From Candidatus Woesearchaeota archaeon (lineage in GTDB: Archaea; Nanobdellota; Nanobdellia; Woesearchaeales; GW2011-AR4): a DNA stretch of 54,562 bases. The DNA is taken from positions 1 through 54,562 of the forward strand of contig JAGVYR010000030.1 of NCBI GenBank assembly GCA_018303185.1. The letters are read 5' to 3'. Position numbers and translations under genes: made by a program. Each line of letters opens with the position of its first letter. Positions within the stretch are counted from its first letter, which is position 1. A model generated the notes under the pieces. That model did no database searches and was not told where the DNA came from. It worked only from the letters and a program-made list of their open reading frames with translations. Of this stretch, positions 1-9,022 are shown in pieces.

Positions 1-81
1 TTGGTTTTCACTTCCAGAACTCAAGAAAGAGCTTCTGTCAGCTTTCAGAAGAAAGGATTTAATACCCAAAAGTTACGGTTA

Positions 82-270
82 TTAAACTCCTATACTATAA
101 TATTTCGTGGCTGCCAGCCATACTTTTGATTTTCCTTTGATGCTTTTAAGCACTTCAAGGGTCTCCTCCGAAGTTTGGATATATTCTCTAAAAAGATTTT
201 CATTGGGATCGATAAGCCTTATGCCTTTTTTTTGGGTTTTGCACCATTTTATTGTTGCCATATCATCCAC
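82..270 (-). pseudogene. HEPN-like toxin remnant (N-terminal helices only)
   Basis: A 62-aa ORF overlaps the 3' end of the NTase gene, the usual MNT-HEPN arrangement. The text (EYIQTSEETLEVLKS...WLAATKYYS) resembles the first HEPN helices. There is no Rx4-6H motif before the stop at 82, and further in-frame stops follow. Confidence 0.35.
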
Positions 271-809
271 CTCACGAAATCCTCAGACCCCTTCACTAAC
301 AGGTGTTTCTTAATAATTTCCGCCTTCAGGGTTTTTGTTATTTTAATCAGGCTCTTGACATGCACTATATGGGATTCCTTGCCCAGCCTTTGAGTAAAAT
401 CCTCCAGTTTTTCATAACCTCTGCCCACAATCAGCATGTCAATATCATTCGCAGCATCAAAATCAGCTGCGGCAGAGCCGAAAATCAGCGCATTGCCCCC
501 AGGATTCCTCTGCATGAAAGAAACCATCTCTCCTAAAACAGGCCATTTCCCGCAATTCCTTATTAGCTTATGTTTCTCAGCCATAACAATATAGTCCACT
601 ATCAGCGGGCTCTCAAGGTTAAGGGAATGCAGCGCCATCCTGCCCTTTAACTCTTTTCTTGTTATGCCTTCCTTTTCAAGCTGGCTCAGCCAAAGCCTTA
701 CGGTCGGATGTGGCTCGCCAATCGACCGTGAAATATCTGAAAGGTGCATCTTCTCGTGAGGCTTTGCCAGAAAAGGTTCTAAGGCAGATATAGTTAATTT
801 TTTAACCAT
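249..809 (-). CDS. wHTH-fused minimal nucleotidyltransferase (MNT-type antitoxin-like)
   Basis: The N-terminal HTH-like segment reads LSDISRSIGEPHPTVRLWLSQLEKEG. The NTase signature reads GSAAADFDAANDIDMLIV (GS...D.D). ATG start. Confidence 0.7.
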   Translation of the reverse strand: MVKKLTISALEPFLAKPHEKMHLSDISRSIGEPHPTVRLWLSQLEKEGITRKELKGRMALHSLNLESPLIVDYIVMAEKHKLIRNCGKWPVLGEMVSFMQRNPGGNALIFGSAAADFDAANDIDMLIVGRGYEKLEDFTQRLGKESHIVHVKSLIKITKTLKAEIIKKHLLVKGSEDFVRWMIWQQ

Positions 810-899
810 ATCGTTATAAAATTAACTTATGTATATAAACTTTACTATTGCTACGATGGCTTTGCCAACTTAGCGTAGATAAAGTCAGAATAGGGAAGT

Positions 900-1382
900 T
901 CAGCACCCATCATCACTTCCGCCAGCACTCTCCAGCTTCCTGCACAGCTCTTTCTCTCTATAAGAAAGTTCAGCAACAAGCTCGTTTGCCTCTATCAAAC
1001 CGGATTCCACTTCATAAAAGCGGCCCTGCAGAAGGCTGAACCTTGAATTAAGGCCGGAAAGCTCTGCATTCGCACTGGCAAGCTCCGCCTTGGCTGAAGC
1101 AAGCTCCTTCCTGTATGCCTCATTCTCGGACTGCAGCTGAAGAAAGCCCTCCTCAAGCGTTTCCTTGTCCTTTTCCAAAGTTTCCCTGCTTTCAAGGGAT
1201 TCATTGGCTATGCTTTCAATAACAACAAGCCTGCCCGTAACGGCCTCAAGCTGCTGCCTGCTCTGCTGCGTTTCTATGGCTGTATTCTTCAGCTTAAGGC
1301 TGTAGTAGGCTGAAAACCCTGAAAACAAGAGAAGAGTAGATGCTATGACGAGCAGAAGAATAAGGTTTACATTCTTTTTCAT
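900..1382 (-). CDS. membrane-anchored coiled-coil protein
   Basis: It has an N-terminal TM segment (LILLLVIASTLLLFSGF) followed by a heptad-like E/L/A-rich sequence. No family recognised. Confidence 0.55.
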   Translation of the reverse strand: MKKNVNLILLLVIASTLLLFSGFSAYYSLKLKNTAIETQQSRQQLEAVTGRLVVIESIANESLESRETLEKDKETLEEGFLQLQSENEAYRKELASAKAELASANAELSGLNSRFSLLQGRFYEVESGLIEANELVAELSYREKELCRKLESAGGSDDGC

Positions 1383-1448
1383 GCCTTAAACGTTTCATGA
1401 AGGAAATTTAAACTTTTCTGGCAAAATGCCAATTGCAGCAAATGCTTC

Positions 1449-2171
1449 TTACTTCATAACCTTAGCCACTACATAATGGCTGTGCGAACAGTCAAAGGAA
1501 GCCATCATGCCGGCTAAAAAGGGAGGAAGAGGGTAATACCCGAAGCCGTAAACCTTGACAGAACTGAAACCTGTGCGCCTTGAAAGCAGCACAAGCTCCT
1601 TCGCAGCCATGACCTTTATGTGCTCCATGTTTTCGCCGTAATTCTCAGTGAAAATATCTTTAATCCTTTTCTTTGATATTGATGAGGATATGCCTTTGCC
1701 CTCTGATTTCGGCATTATTGTCGGGCCTGAATAGGGCTGCCTGCCCAAAAAAAGCGCAGCCACATTGTGCCAGCTCGCGAGGTTTGGAGTTCCAATCAAG
1801 GCACACCCTCCCGGCTTCAGCACCCTTCTTATCTCGGACATGAACCCTTTAACGTTCACAAGGTGCTCAATGACGTGGTTTGCAACAACAATGTCAAACA
1901 TTTCATTTTTGAACGGGAATTTATTGTTCAGGTCGCAGCATTGAGCCTTGACTCCGTTCTTTCTTGCCTTTTCCACAAGGCTTTTTACTAATTCAAGACC
2001 GTAAACTTCCTTTGTGCCTGCAGCCTTCCCATACATCAGCGAATTCTTTCCGTCCCAGCACCCAAGGTCAAGCAATCTGCCTTTCGGGACTTTGGGAATT
2101 GAAGCAAGCAGCCTGTTCCTGTATTTCTCTGTCGTATCCCTGTAAAGATATGAAAAATAGCCTGTCAGCAT
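1449..2171 (-). CDS. class I SAM-dependent methyltransferase
   Basis: Motif I reads LLDLGCWDGKNS. The post-I/II region reads DIVVANHVIEHL, and LKPGG is present. Confidence 0.8.
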   Translation of the reverse strand: MLTGYFSYLYRDTTEKYRNRLLASIPKVPKGRLLDLGCWDGKNSLMYGKAAGTKEVYGLELVKSLVEKARKNGVKAQCCDLNNKFPFKNEMFDIVVANHVIEHLVNVKGFMSEIRRVLKPGGCALIGTPNLASWHNVAALFLGRQPYSGPTIMPKSEGKGISSSISKKRIKDIFTENYGENMEHIKVMAAKELVLLSRRTGFSSVKVYGFGYYPLPPFLAGMMASFDCSHSHYVVAKVMK

Positions 2172-2172
2172 C

Positions 2173-2556
2173 TTAAGCGCTCCCTTTATTATTTTTCAGA
2201 AATATTCCCAATGATGCAAGTATTATGATTAATGGAAGAATTACAGCATGGAACTTTATATTAATTCCTGCAAGCCCGAAATAGTAGCTCAATATCCCTG
2301 TCAATCCTGCCGCAATCAACGTCCCTGCAACAGCCCTTTCTATAAAGCCTATCTTCTCATGCCAATGGAACATTATAGCACAGCCCGGAATCACATAAAG
2401 CCAGAATATCGAAACAGAAATTTTTGCAATATCCATCAAGCTTTCATTAAAAAACGCTATTTTGAAGATTAACAAAAATAACCCAAACAGGGCAAGCATC
2501 CAAATCCCTTCCTTTTTCAGCATATCAAAAATTTCCTTCTTCAATGCAATCCTCAC
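2173..2556 (-). CDS. small polytopic membrane protein
   Basis: It has about 4 predicted TM segments. An alternative ATG at 2523 would abut the upstream stop at 2525. It sits in the glycosylation cluster. Confidence 0.5.
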   Translation of the reverse strand: MRIALKKEIFDMLKKEGIWMLALFGLFLLIFKIAFFNESLMDIAKISVSIFWLYVIPGCAIMFHWHEKIGFIERAVAGTLIAAGLTGILSYYFGLAGINIKFHAVILPLIIILASLGIFLKNNKGSA

Positions 2557-4168
2557 CCGGCTTTGAATTCTTAAGCACTATGGAAACTTCATTCTCAAAT
2601 GCTATGCTTATAAAATCTTTCTTTGCAAGCTCTGATGCGATAAGCAAGTTGTACTGTGCAAGCGCGGGCTGCCCTGAAACTTTGTCAAACACAAGATAAT
2701 CAAACCGGCATATGTCCTGCGGACCGAGAAAATATTCATAAGGCTTGTCGGCAGTCACGTCTTTAAAATCAAAAAGTCCGGTTCTCACTGAAATAGAGCC
2801 GCCGCTGTCACCCGGAAGCTCGGAAAGGTAGTTTCTCTTTACGAGCCTCTGGTTTATAGAGTCAATTGCTTCCTGCGTCCTCAGCTGGTAATGCACCCTT
2901 TTTGAATTCCTCAGGAGCGCATCCTGGTCGTAGATGTCGCCATAGAAAAAATAAGCCAATGAGCTTTTTGGCGTGTTTTCGGCTATCCAGCCTAGCATCT
3001 CCCAATGGTAGGGATCCATTATGCTCTGCCCGCTTAAAGCTGAATAATGGGGCACGAAAGGGATATTTACAAAGCCAAAAGTCGCAACTGATAAAACTAC
3101 CATTATTGAAACAGAATAATAAACATTGAATTTTTTAAGAAACAATTTCAATAGGGCATAGCTCCCGAATCCCAAAAACACTGAAAGGTAGATGGGCCAG
3201 AAAAACCTTACCTGGAAAGACCTCAGGCTGAATCCTATATAATTCAGGAAGCCCGCTATAAGCATAGCAAACCCCGCAATGAGGGATACGTGCATGCTTC
3301 TCCATTTCAATACAGAGAAAACCATCCCCGCAGCCATTATAATCAGGAGGGCCGAAAATCCCATTATATAGAATCCGGGATTGCCCTGCCATACCGGCTC
3401 TACTGTGAAATGATACGGCTGGCCTTTTGCCCATGTATTGAAGAAAATAATAAGATAATAAAAAGCGGCTGCCAGTGCAATGCCGAGGGCTATCAGGGCA
3501 TTTTTCATATCGCTCTTTTTCAGGGTTTTTCCCGCCAATGCTATGGGGAAGAACATTACAATGAACAAAGCCGCGAAAACTGCCTCAGACGTATGCGTCA
3601 TGATTATTGCAGCCATTGCAATGCTGATGAAAACATAGGAATTCTCAAGGGATATGTTAGAAAATCCCCAAAAAACCAGTATCAGGAAGCACTGCGACAA
3701 TATTGAAGGCCAATGACCCCACAGGAATCCAATAATCGGCGGCTGTGAAAAGATAAGCATTGCCAGCGGAAGTGACATTAGGGCAACATGCCTGCTGAAG
3801 CCCCTTATAAGAAAATACATTAAAAACAGGGTGATTACTGAAAAAAATAATACGGAAAAATAAATTGAATCGTACACTTCAAGGCCCGAGGCATAAGAAA
3901 ACACAACTGCTATATGGTAAAGCAGGGGAGGATATCTTCCAACAGCATCTTCGAATCCTTTTGAGATGTAATTAGCTTCATACCTGAAATTGCCCGCATC
4001 CTTTATGGCTTCCGCCCTTGTCTGGTGCTGGAATGCATCAGAAGCAAGGTAGCCGAAAGGGTAGTCATGGCTTATGCCATGCCCTAGGAGCGCTCCAGGC
4101 CCCATGTAGAGGAAAAGCAGGAAAGCTGCTGCCAGCGCGGCCTTTTCAATGTCAAATCTGAATGCCAT
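2525..4168 (-). CDS. large polytopic membrane protein, GT-C-like glycosyltransferase candidate
   Basis: 547 aa with more than 10 hydrophobic segments, followed by a roughly 170-aa soluble C-terminal domain. This architecture resembles ArnT/PMT/AglB-like enzymes. The family was not identified by motif. Confidence 0.5.
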   Translation of the reverse strand: MAFRFDIEKAALAAAFLLFLYMGPGALLGHGISHDYPFGYLASDAFQHQTRAEAIKDAGNFRYEANYISKGFEDAVGRYPPLLYHIAVVFSYASGLEVYDSIYFSVLFFSVITLFLMYFLIRGFSRHVALMSLPLAMLIFSQPPIIGFLWGHWPSILSQCFLILVFWGFSNISLENSYVFISIAMAAIIMTHTSEAVFAALFIVMFFPIALAGKTLKKSDMKNALIALGIALAAAFYYLIIFFNTWAKGQPYHFTVEPVWQGNPGFYIMGFSALLIIMAAGMVFSVLKWRSMHVSLIAGFAMLIAGFLNYIGFSLRSFQVRFFWPIYLSVFLGFGSYALLKLFLKKFNVYYSVSIMVVLSVATFGFVNIPFVPHYSALSGQSIMDPYHWEMLGWIAENTPKSSLAYFFYGDIYDQDALLRNSKRVHYQLRTQEAIDSINQRLVKRNYLSELPGDSGGSISVRTGLFDFKDVTADKPYEYFLGPQDICRFDYLVFDKVSGQPALAQYNLLIASELAKKDFISIAFENEVSIVLKNSKPGEDCIEEGNF

Positions 4169-6422
4169 CTTTCTTCAGAGATTTTTTATTTTTTATAAAA
4201 ACTATTGCAAAATAAGCCATTATTGCCGCTGCAGCCAGGGAGCTTATAACCAATCCGTTCCTGAAGTCCATAGGCTCATAGCTAAGCTCAAGCCTTGCGC
4301 TTCCTTTTTCAATATAAACCGCGCTTATTGCGCCGTCAGCATTCATGATTTCCTTTTCTCTGCCGTCAGCATAAGCTTTCCAGCCGTCAAAATTATAGAA
4401 TGTTTCACTTAAAATAAGATAGCCTTCTTTTCCAGAGACATCAAATACAATCCTGTTGGGGCTGCTTTCCTGAGGATTTACAGCCGCCGCATTCCCATCA
4501 AAGCCTGAGAAAAGCGCTGTAATATCCTCGGGGCTTATTGAATTTTTATTCCTGAATATGTCCGGGATTATTTTTCCATTGGAATCTGAGTAAATTTTAA
4601 GCATGGAAATATCCTCCTGAGCCAGATTCTTCGCAAGTATCACCGCCTTAAAGCCTTTCAGTTCCGAATCGGTCATCCCTGCAAGGCTGCTCCTCCAGAT
4701 TATCGCGGAATTTTTCGGATTAAATGGGGCGTCTGCAATCAGGGAATAAACAATGCCTTTATTGTCTGCAATGATTAGCACGGGGTTTTCCGTGAAGTAA
4801 TAACGGGGCACGAATTCAAGGTTCCTGTACAGATGGGTTCTTGACCTTAAGTCATCAGTGCATATCTTGCACGGCTCAAATTCTTCAACCAACTTAGTTC
4901 CCGGAATATCAACAGCAGCATCAGAAAGAAGGTATTTCACATTAAGCATGCCCCAAAGCTTTGCCGAGTTCTGCTGTCCTGCAAAAATCAGATAATTGCC
5001 TATCTCCACAGGCCATACAGTGCCGCCCCCGGTTATGAGGCCAAGATTGTAGAGGGACATCATTGAAGAGCCATGCGAGCCTACAACATCGCTCAGCTCG
5101 AAAGGGCCTGTCTGGAAGTAATGGACGCGGAAAGTATCTTTGTCTTCAACAACCTTATTGAGTATCGGGACCTGCCCCTTTTCAGGAATTTCTATGCTAT
5201 CAGGGAAATTATGGAACGGGTTAAGCTCAAGCACAAGCAGGATAAGTACAGCCGCGAGCAATATTCTCGAATCAAGCCTGAATTTTTTCATTTTTGCAGC
5301 AAGGCTTTCAAGCTGCATGTATCCAAAGCCGGCAAGTATTGAGATTGAGAAAGTAAAAATAACCAAAGTGCGGTCTATGTTCTTAAGATTCGCGAAAAGA
5401 GGCACGAATTTGTAGGCAAAAACTGTCACAAAAGTGTCAGACGCCAAAAGTATGGGGATTATTGCGCCTGCGGCAAAGAAAAGAACTTTTTTGCTTTTCC
5501 ATTCCCTAAAGCTTAGCGCGGCAAGAAGAATGGCAAGGAATCCAATCATCGGGGCAACGCTTATGCTTGCTTTTCCCCTTACAAGGTTGTTGAAGCCTGT
5601 ATCAAAGGAATCAATGTAATGGCCCCTGCCCCCAAGAAATTCCTGATAGGAAAACCGCTCGCTTCTTGAAGATGTCTCCTGAAACTTGAATGAAGGGAGC
5701 AGCTTTGCGGCTGACAGCCCTAACGTCAGAATAATAAGCAATACGATGATTATTGAGGCTTTGACAATCTTCCCTGAAAAATTTTTCCCCATTGAGTTAA
5801 ATAAAATGTAACCCGCACAAAGCATGAAAGTGTAAAGGAAAATTATCATGCCGCCTGTGTGGATTTGAAGGGCAGCGAGAAGTGCGGCGAAGATTGAATA
5901 TTTTATGTAATCCTTTGAGTGCGCTGCCTTGAAGGTAAAAAGGAAGATAAACGGAAGCATGGATAATGGGGCTATGACCTGTACGTTTCCCCTGAGGGCC
6001 CAGCCGATTATTGAGTTGCTGAGCATGAAAACAAATGCGGCAACCATGGCAGCGCCATAGCTTTTTTTGATTTCATAAGCCAATAAGTACATTCCGAGGC
6101 CAAGCAGGAAGAATGAGATTATGAGCGTCATATTTATTGCAATGACCGGGCTTTGAAGCACCAAAAGCAGGAGCAGAGGGAGGGAAATGAAAAAAGTCTC
6201 AGGGTTTCCAAGCAGAGGGTTTCCTGTATACTGCGCCGGATTCCAGAGATACATAGAGCCACCTGATATTTGTTTTCCGATTTCATTGTAAAGAGTCAAT
6301 GAAGAATCCCAGTAATGTATCATATAATACGTTTTTGTAAAAGAAAAAAGCGGATAGAGCGCTATTATTGTTATAAGTGCTATTGCTCCGATAAATAATG
6401 CGTGCTTTTTGTCAAAACCCAT
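4152..6422 (-). CDS. YfhO-like large membrane glycosyltransferase candidate
   Basis: About 756 aa. The N-terminal polytopic region contains YLWNPAQYTGNPLLGNPETFF, which resembles the YfhO family. A large extracytoplasmic domain and a terminal TM segment follow. The start was moved to the ATG at 6422, 1 nt after the upstream stop. Confidence 0.55.
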   Translation of the reverse strand: MGFDKKHALFIGAIALITIIALYPLFSFTKTYYMIHYWDSSLTLYNEIGKQISGGSMYLWNPAQYTGNPLLGNPETFFISLPLLLLLVLQSPVIAINMTLIISFFLLGLGMYLLAYEIKKSYGAAMVAAFVFMLSNSIIGWALRGNVQVIAPLSMLPFIFLFTFKAAHSKDYIKYSIFAALLAALQIHTGGMIIFLYTFMLCAGYILFNSMGKNFSGKIVKASIIIVLLIILTLGLSAAKLLPSFKFQETSSRSERFSYQEFLGGRGHYIDSFDTGFNNLVRGKASISVAPMIGFLAILLAALSFREWKSKKVLFFAAGAIIPILLASDTFVTVFAYKFVPLFANLKNIDRTLVIFTFSISILAGFGYMQLESLAAKMKKFRLDSRILLAAVLILLVLELNPFHNFPDSIEIPEKGQVPILNKVVEDKDTFRVHYFQTGPFELSDVVGSHGSSMMSLYNLGLITGGGTVWPVEIGNYLIFAGQQNSAKLWGMLNVKYLLSDAAVDIPGTKLVEEFEPCKICTDDLRSRTHLYRNLEFVPRYYFTENPVLIIADNKGIVYSLIADAPFNPKNSAIIWRSSLAGMTDSELKGFKAVILAKNLAQEDISMLKIYSDSNGKIIPDIFRNKNSISPEDITALFSGFDGNAAAVNPQESSPNRIVFDVSGKEGYLILSETFYNFDGWKAYADGREKEIMNADGAISAVYIEKGSARLELSYEPMDFRNGLVISSLAAAAIMAYFAIVFIKNKKSLKKDGIQI

Positions 6423-6423
6423 C

Positions 6424-7869
6424 TTAGAGGTAATTAAAGTCGCGGTTTGTCTCTTTCCACAGGCCGAGCGCCTCATGGGCCCACTTGAAGAGGTGGTCTT
6501 CTTTTTGCATCAGGCCATCCACTATGCCTATGAACTTGCTGCCGACATCATGGCCGTAAAGATTTTGAGAAGAGCGCATTTGCTTCTGGAGCCCTTCATC
6601 TTTCTTTACATACTCGGCCATCCTGACAATGAATTCACTATCCATAGGCGGCACAAGCAGGTTGCCCCTTGCCAGATTTACTGTCTCGGGCCTGTCGGTG
6701 TTGAAGCGGCACGTCAGGCACACTTTGCCGAGAAGGTTCATCTCTTCCTGCACGCCGCCGCTGTCAGTCAGCACCATTGAGCAGTTTTTCGACTCAAAAA
6801 ATTCTATCACATGGCCGTATTCAGGCCAGACATTTGTGTGGAGGAAGTTTTTCCTGCCTTTCAGTTTTGAAAGCACATCTGCCATGCCATAATTTTCCAT
6901 TGCCTTCTTGGTAGCGTTCATCTCAATAAAAGCAACATTATGGCCATTCTCCACAAGCTCCTTTACCGCGCCTATTATCGCCCTGAACCTCCTTTCAGTC
7001 GTGTTGTCGCGCCTGTGTATGTCCACCCTTATCCAATCGCCTTTTTCCAGCTGGGGATAAATTGAGAAGATGCTCTGCTTCGGCTTCTGCTTTCTTCTTT
7101 CCTCAAGGGCATCCACCACAACGCCGCCTGTCACGAAAATATTCTCTTTCGGATGGCCTTCCCTCAGTAAGCTTTCCCTGTTGAGCTCTATCGGGCAGAA
7201 CATGTATTCAGAGCCGGCTGCGGATATGAAAGTGTCGAACTGCTCCGGGAAAGGCTCGTTCCTGAGAAGCATCCAATTGCCGTAAAACTGCTGTTCTATG
7301 AACTTGTCTATTGGCACTGATTTAGGCGCTTTCATTATTTCCGGGCACATGCTCCTCAATCCGGCCTCATTCTGTATTGCCCTTTCATTTCTTGAAAACA
7401 TCCATGCTGCAGGAACGATGCTTGTCAGTATGGTATCACCAAGCACTACAGGAACTACAGCGACATTGGGCCATTTTTTCTGCAGGTAGCTGGAAAGCCA
7501 CTTTATCTTGTACATCAGCTCGGCAGTTTTTTCCACCAAGCCGCCCCTTATCTGGAGGTTTGCCCCTACTTTCTGGCTTAAGTTGAATTCTTTCATGCCG
7601 TATGTAAGGATGTCATCGTAATGCTGGTTGGAGTCTATTATGAAATTAGGGATGCCTTGCCTGTCTGCAGCCTGTATAGAGCCCCAGAACTTGTAGAAGC
7701 AGGGCTTCGTGCCTATGACAAAGGCAAGCACCCATTTTTTCTGGCTTTTTCCTTTCTCCATCTCCTGCTCAAGAAGCCTTGTGTTTATCTTCAAAGGAAG
7801 AACGGGATTCATGAAGTCCTTTGGCTGTATATCTTCAAAGACGCCGTTTGAGCCATTATTATCTGCCAA
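6424..7869 (-). CDS. UDP-N-acetylglucosamine 2-epimerase-like enzyme
   Basis: It contains VLTDSGGVQEE...RFNTDRPETV and an FVTGGVVVDAL motif. The N-terminal Rossmann segment reads VIGTKPCFYKF. The ORF opens with TTG preceded by GGGGTGG, and internal ATGs at 7812 and 7761 are also possible starts. Confidence 0.7.
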   Translation of the reverse strand: MADNNGSNGVFEDIQPKDFMNPVLPLKINTRLLEQEMEKGKSQKKWVLAFVIGTKPCFYKFWGSIQAADRQGIPNFIIDSNQHYDDILTYGMKEFNLSQKVGANLQIRGGLVEKTAELMYKIKWLSSYLQKKWPNVAVVPVVLGDTILTSIVPAAWMFSRNERAIQNEAGLRSMCPEIMKAPKSVPIDKFIEQQFYGNWMLLRNEPFPEQFDTFISAAGSEYMFCPIELNRESLLREGHPKENIFVTGGVVVDALEERRKQKPKQSIFSIYPQLEKGDWIRVDIHRRDNTTERRFRAIIGAVKELVENGHNVAFIEMNATKKAMENYGMADVLSKLKGRKNFLHTNVWPEYGHVIEFFESKNCSMVLTDSGGVQEEMNLLGKVCLTCRFNTDRPETVNLARGNLLVPPMDSEFIVRMAEYVKKDEGLQKQMRSSQNLYGHDVGSKFIGIVDGLMQKEDHLFKWAHEALGLWKETNRDFNYL

Positions 7870-8011
7870 GACTTTCCACCCCAGCCCCGAAAGGCTTATG
7901 TATATTTATAAATCTTTTGGGAGCATTCGCAGAGTTACATGTCCGTGAGTGCCGCTGTTATTTTCCCTTCTGGGCGTGGAAGAATTTTTTATTCTCATTT
8001 TTACTTAAATA

Positions 8012-8383
8012 TTACATCCAGAATAATATTGTATTTGAGATTAAATCATAGACATTAAAAATCAAGATAATCATTAGCCCAATGATAAGAGTTTTAGAAT
8101 AATATTTACTAACTTTTACATATTTATTCAATAATATAATGGTTGCGGTCATAAGAATTATTTGTATTAATGGCAAGATTGTTATTTGTAAAATATCACT
8201 GTATAAGACCCCATACCCTCTAAACAAAATAGTACTTATTAGGGTAAAAATGATAGCAATGGTAAAGAATACTGCTATTAAAGTAAATATTCCTAAAATA
8301 ATATCTCTTACCTTATTCTTACTTTTCATTTTATTATTCCTAATTCTCACCTTTAAATACTTACTCAAAAAAAACACAAACAT
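8012..8383 (-). CDS. hypothetical membrane protein in an AT-rich islet
   Basis: It has 3 hydrophobic segments and a very AT-rich coding sequence compared with its neighbours. An alternative start lies at 8329. Confidence 0.4.
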   Translation of the reverse strand: MFVFFLSKYLKVRIRNNKMKSKNKVRDIILGIFTLIAVFFTIAIIFTLISTILFRGYGVLYSDILQITILPLIQIILMTATIILLNKYVKVSKYYSKTLIIGLMIILIFNVYDLISNTILFWM

Positions 8384-8416
8384 TTAAATATACCTAAGTA
8401 TACTAAGGTATACTGG
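8383..8416 (+). promoter_or_regulatory. TATA-like box plus tandem GTATAC palindromes upstream of the antitoxin gene
   Basis: TTTAAATATA is followed by TAAGTATAC and TAAGGTATAC (GTATAC at 8398-8403 and 8408-8413), ending about 10 nt before the ATG at 8424. Confidence 0.35.
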
Positions 8417-8423
8417 TGATAAA

Positions 8424-8663
8424 ATGGACACGACAACAATAAAGCTTCACGGAAATACCAAAAAGCAGCTGGACAGGTTTAAGGAGTACAAGAACGAAAG
8501 CTATGATGAGGTCATAAACAAGGTAATCTTCATAGCAAACAAGGCAAAGACCAATCCTGAACTCAGCAGGGAGACCGTCATTGCCATAGACAACGCAAGA
8601 AAGAGGATAAAGGCTGGGAATTTTATGACAGAGGAAGAGGCAAGAAAGAGGCTGGGCTTTTAG
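8424..8663 (+). CDS. RHH/CopG-like antitoxin
   Basis: 79 aa. TTIKLHGNTKKQLDRFKEYKNESYDEVINKV is typical of a ribbon-helix-helix N-terminus. It lies immediately upstream of a RelE-family gene. Confidence 0.65.
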   Translation: MDTTTIKLHGNTKKQLDRFKEYKNESYDEVINKVIFIANKAKTNPELSRETVIAIDNARKRIKAGNFMTEEEARKRLGF

Positions 8664-8721
8664 ATGCCATTAAAAATTTCAGTGAAATTTTTTGGACATA
8701 AAGAACCATGGAGACTTTCTA

Positions 8722-8982
8722 ATGTACGAGATAAGATTTGACCCAGAAGCGATTGAATTTCTTCAGAAGCTGCCGAAGGGCATTGCAGAAAGAATCTGGA
8801 ACAAGGTTATGTCCGCAAAGGAAAACCCCCGCCATTTCTTTGAGCGCCTTGCCGGCAGGGCAGACTATAAATTAAGGATTGGAGACTATAGGGCAATTGC
8901 AGACATTGATGATAAAAGCAGGAAGATTGAAGTTACTGTCATAGGCCACAGGAAGAATGTTTACAAGGATTTGCAGCAATAA
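8722..8982 (+). CDS. RelE/ParE-family toxin
   Basis: MYEIRFDPEAIEFLQKLPK...YKLRIGDYRAIADID...IEVTVIGHRKNVY is a RelE/StbE-type pattern. The start was set at the internal ATG. Confidence 0.8.
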   Translation: MYEIRFDPEAIEFLQKLPKGIAERIWNKVMSAKENPRHFFERLAGRADYKLRIGDYRAIADIDDKSRKIEVTVIGHRKNVYKDLQQ

Positions 8983-9022
8983 ATTCCAACAAATATATTA
9001 ATGCGGCTTCTATACATGCCAT

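Noticed and set aside
6423-6476. The N-terminal 18 codons of the 774-aa ORF, and similar 5' extensions of the secD, secF, pdxS, pdxT, pgi, cutA and relE ORFs.
   Set aside because: The extensions overlap the preceding gene or promoter. Internal ATGs give canonical N-termini, tight coupling, or an SD at the proper distance.
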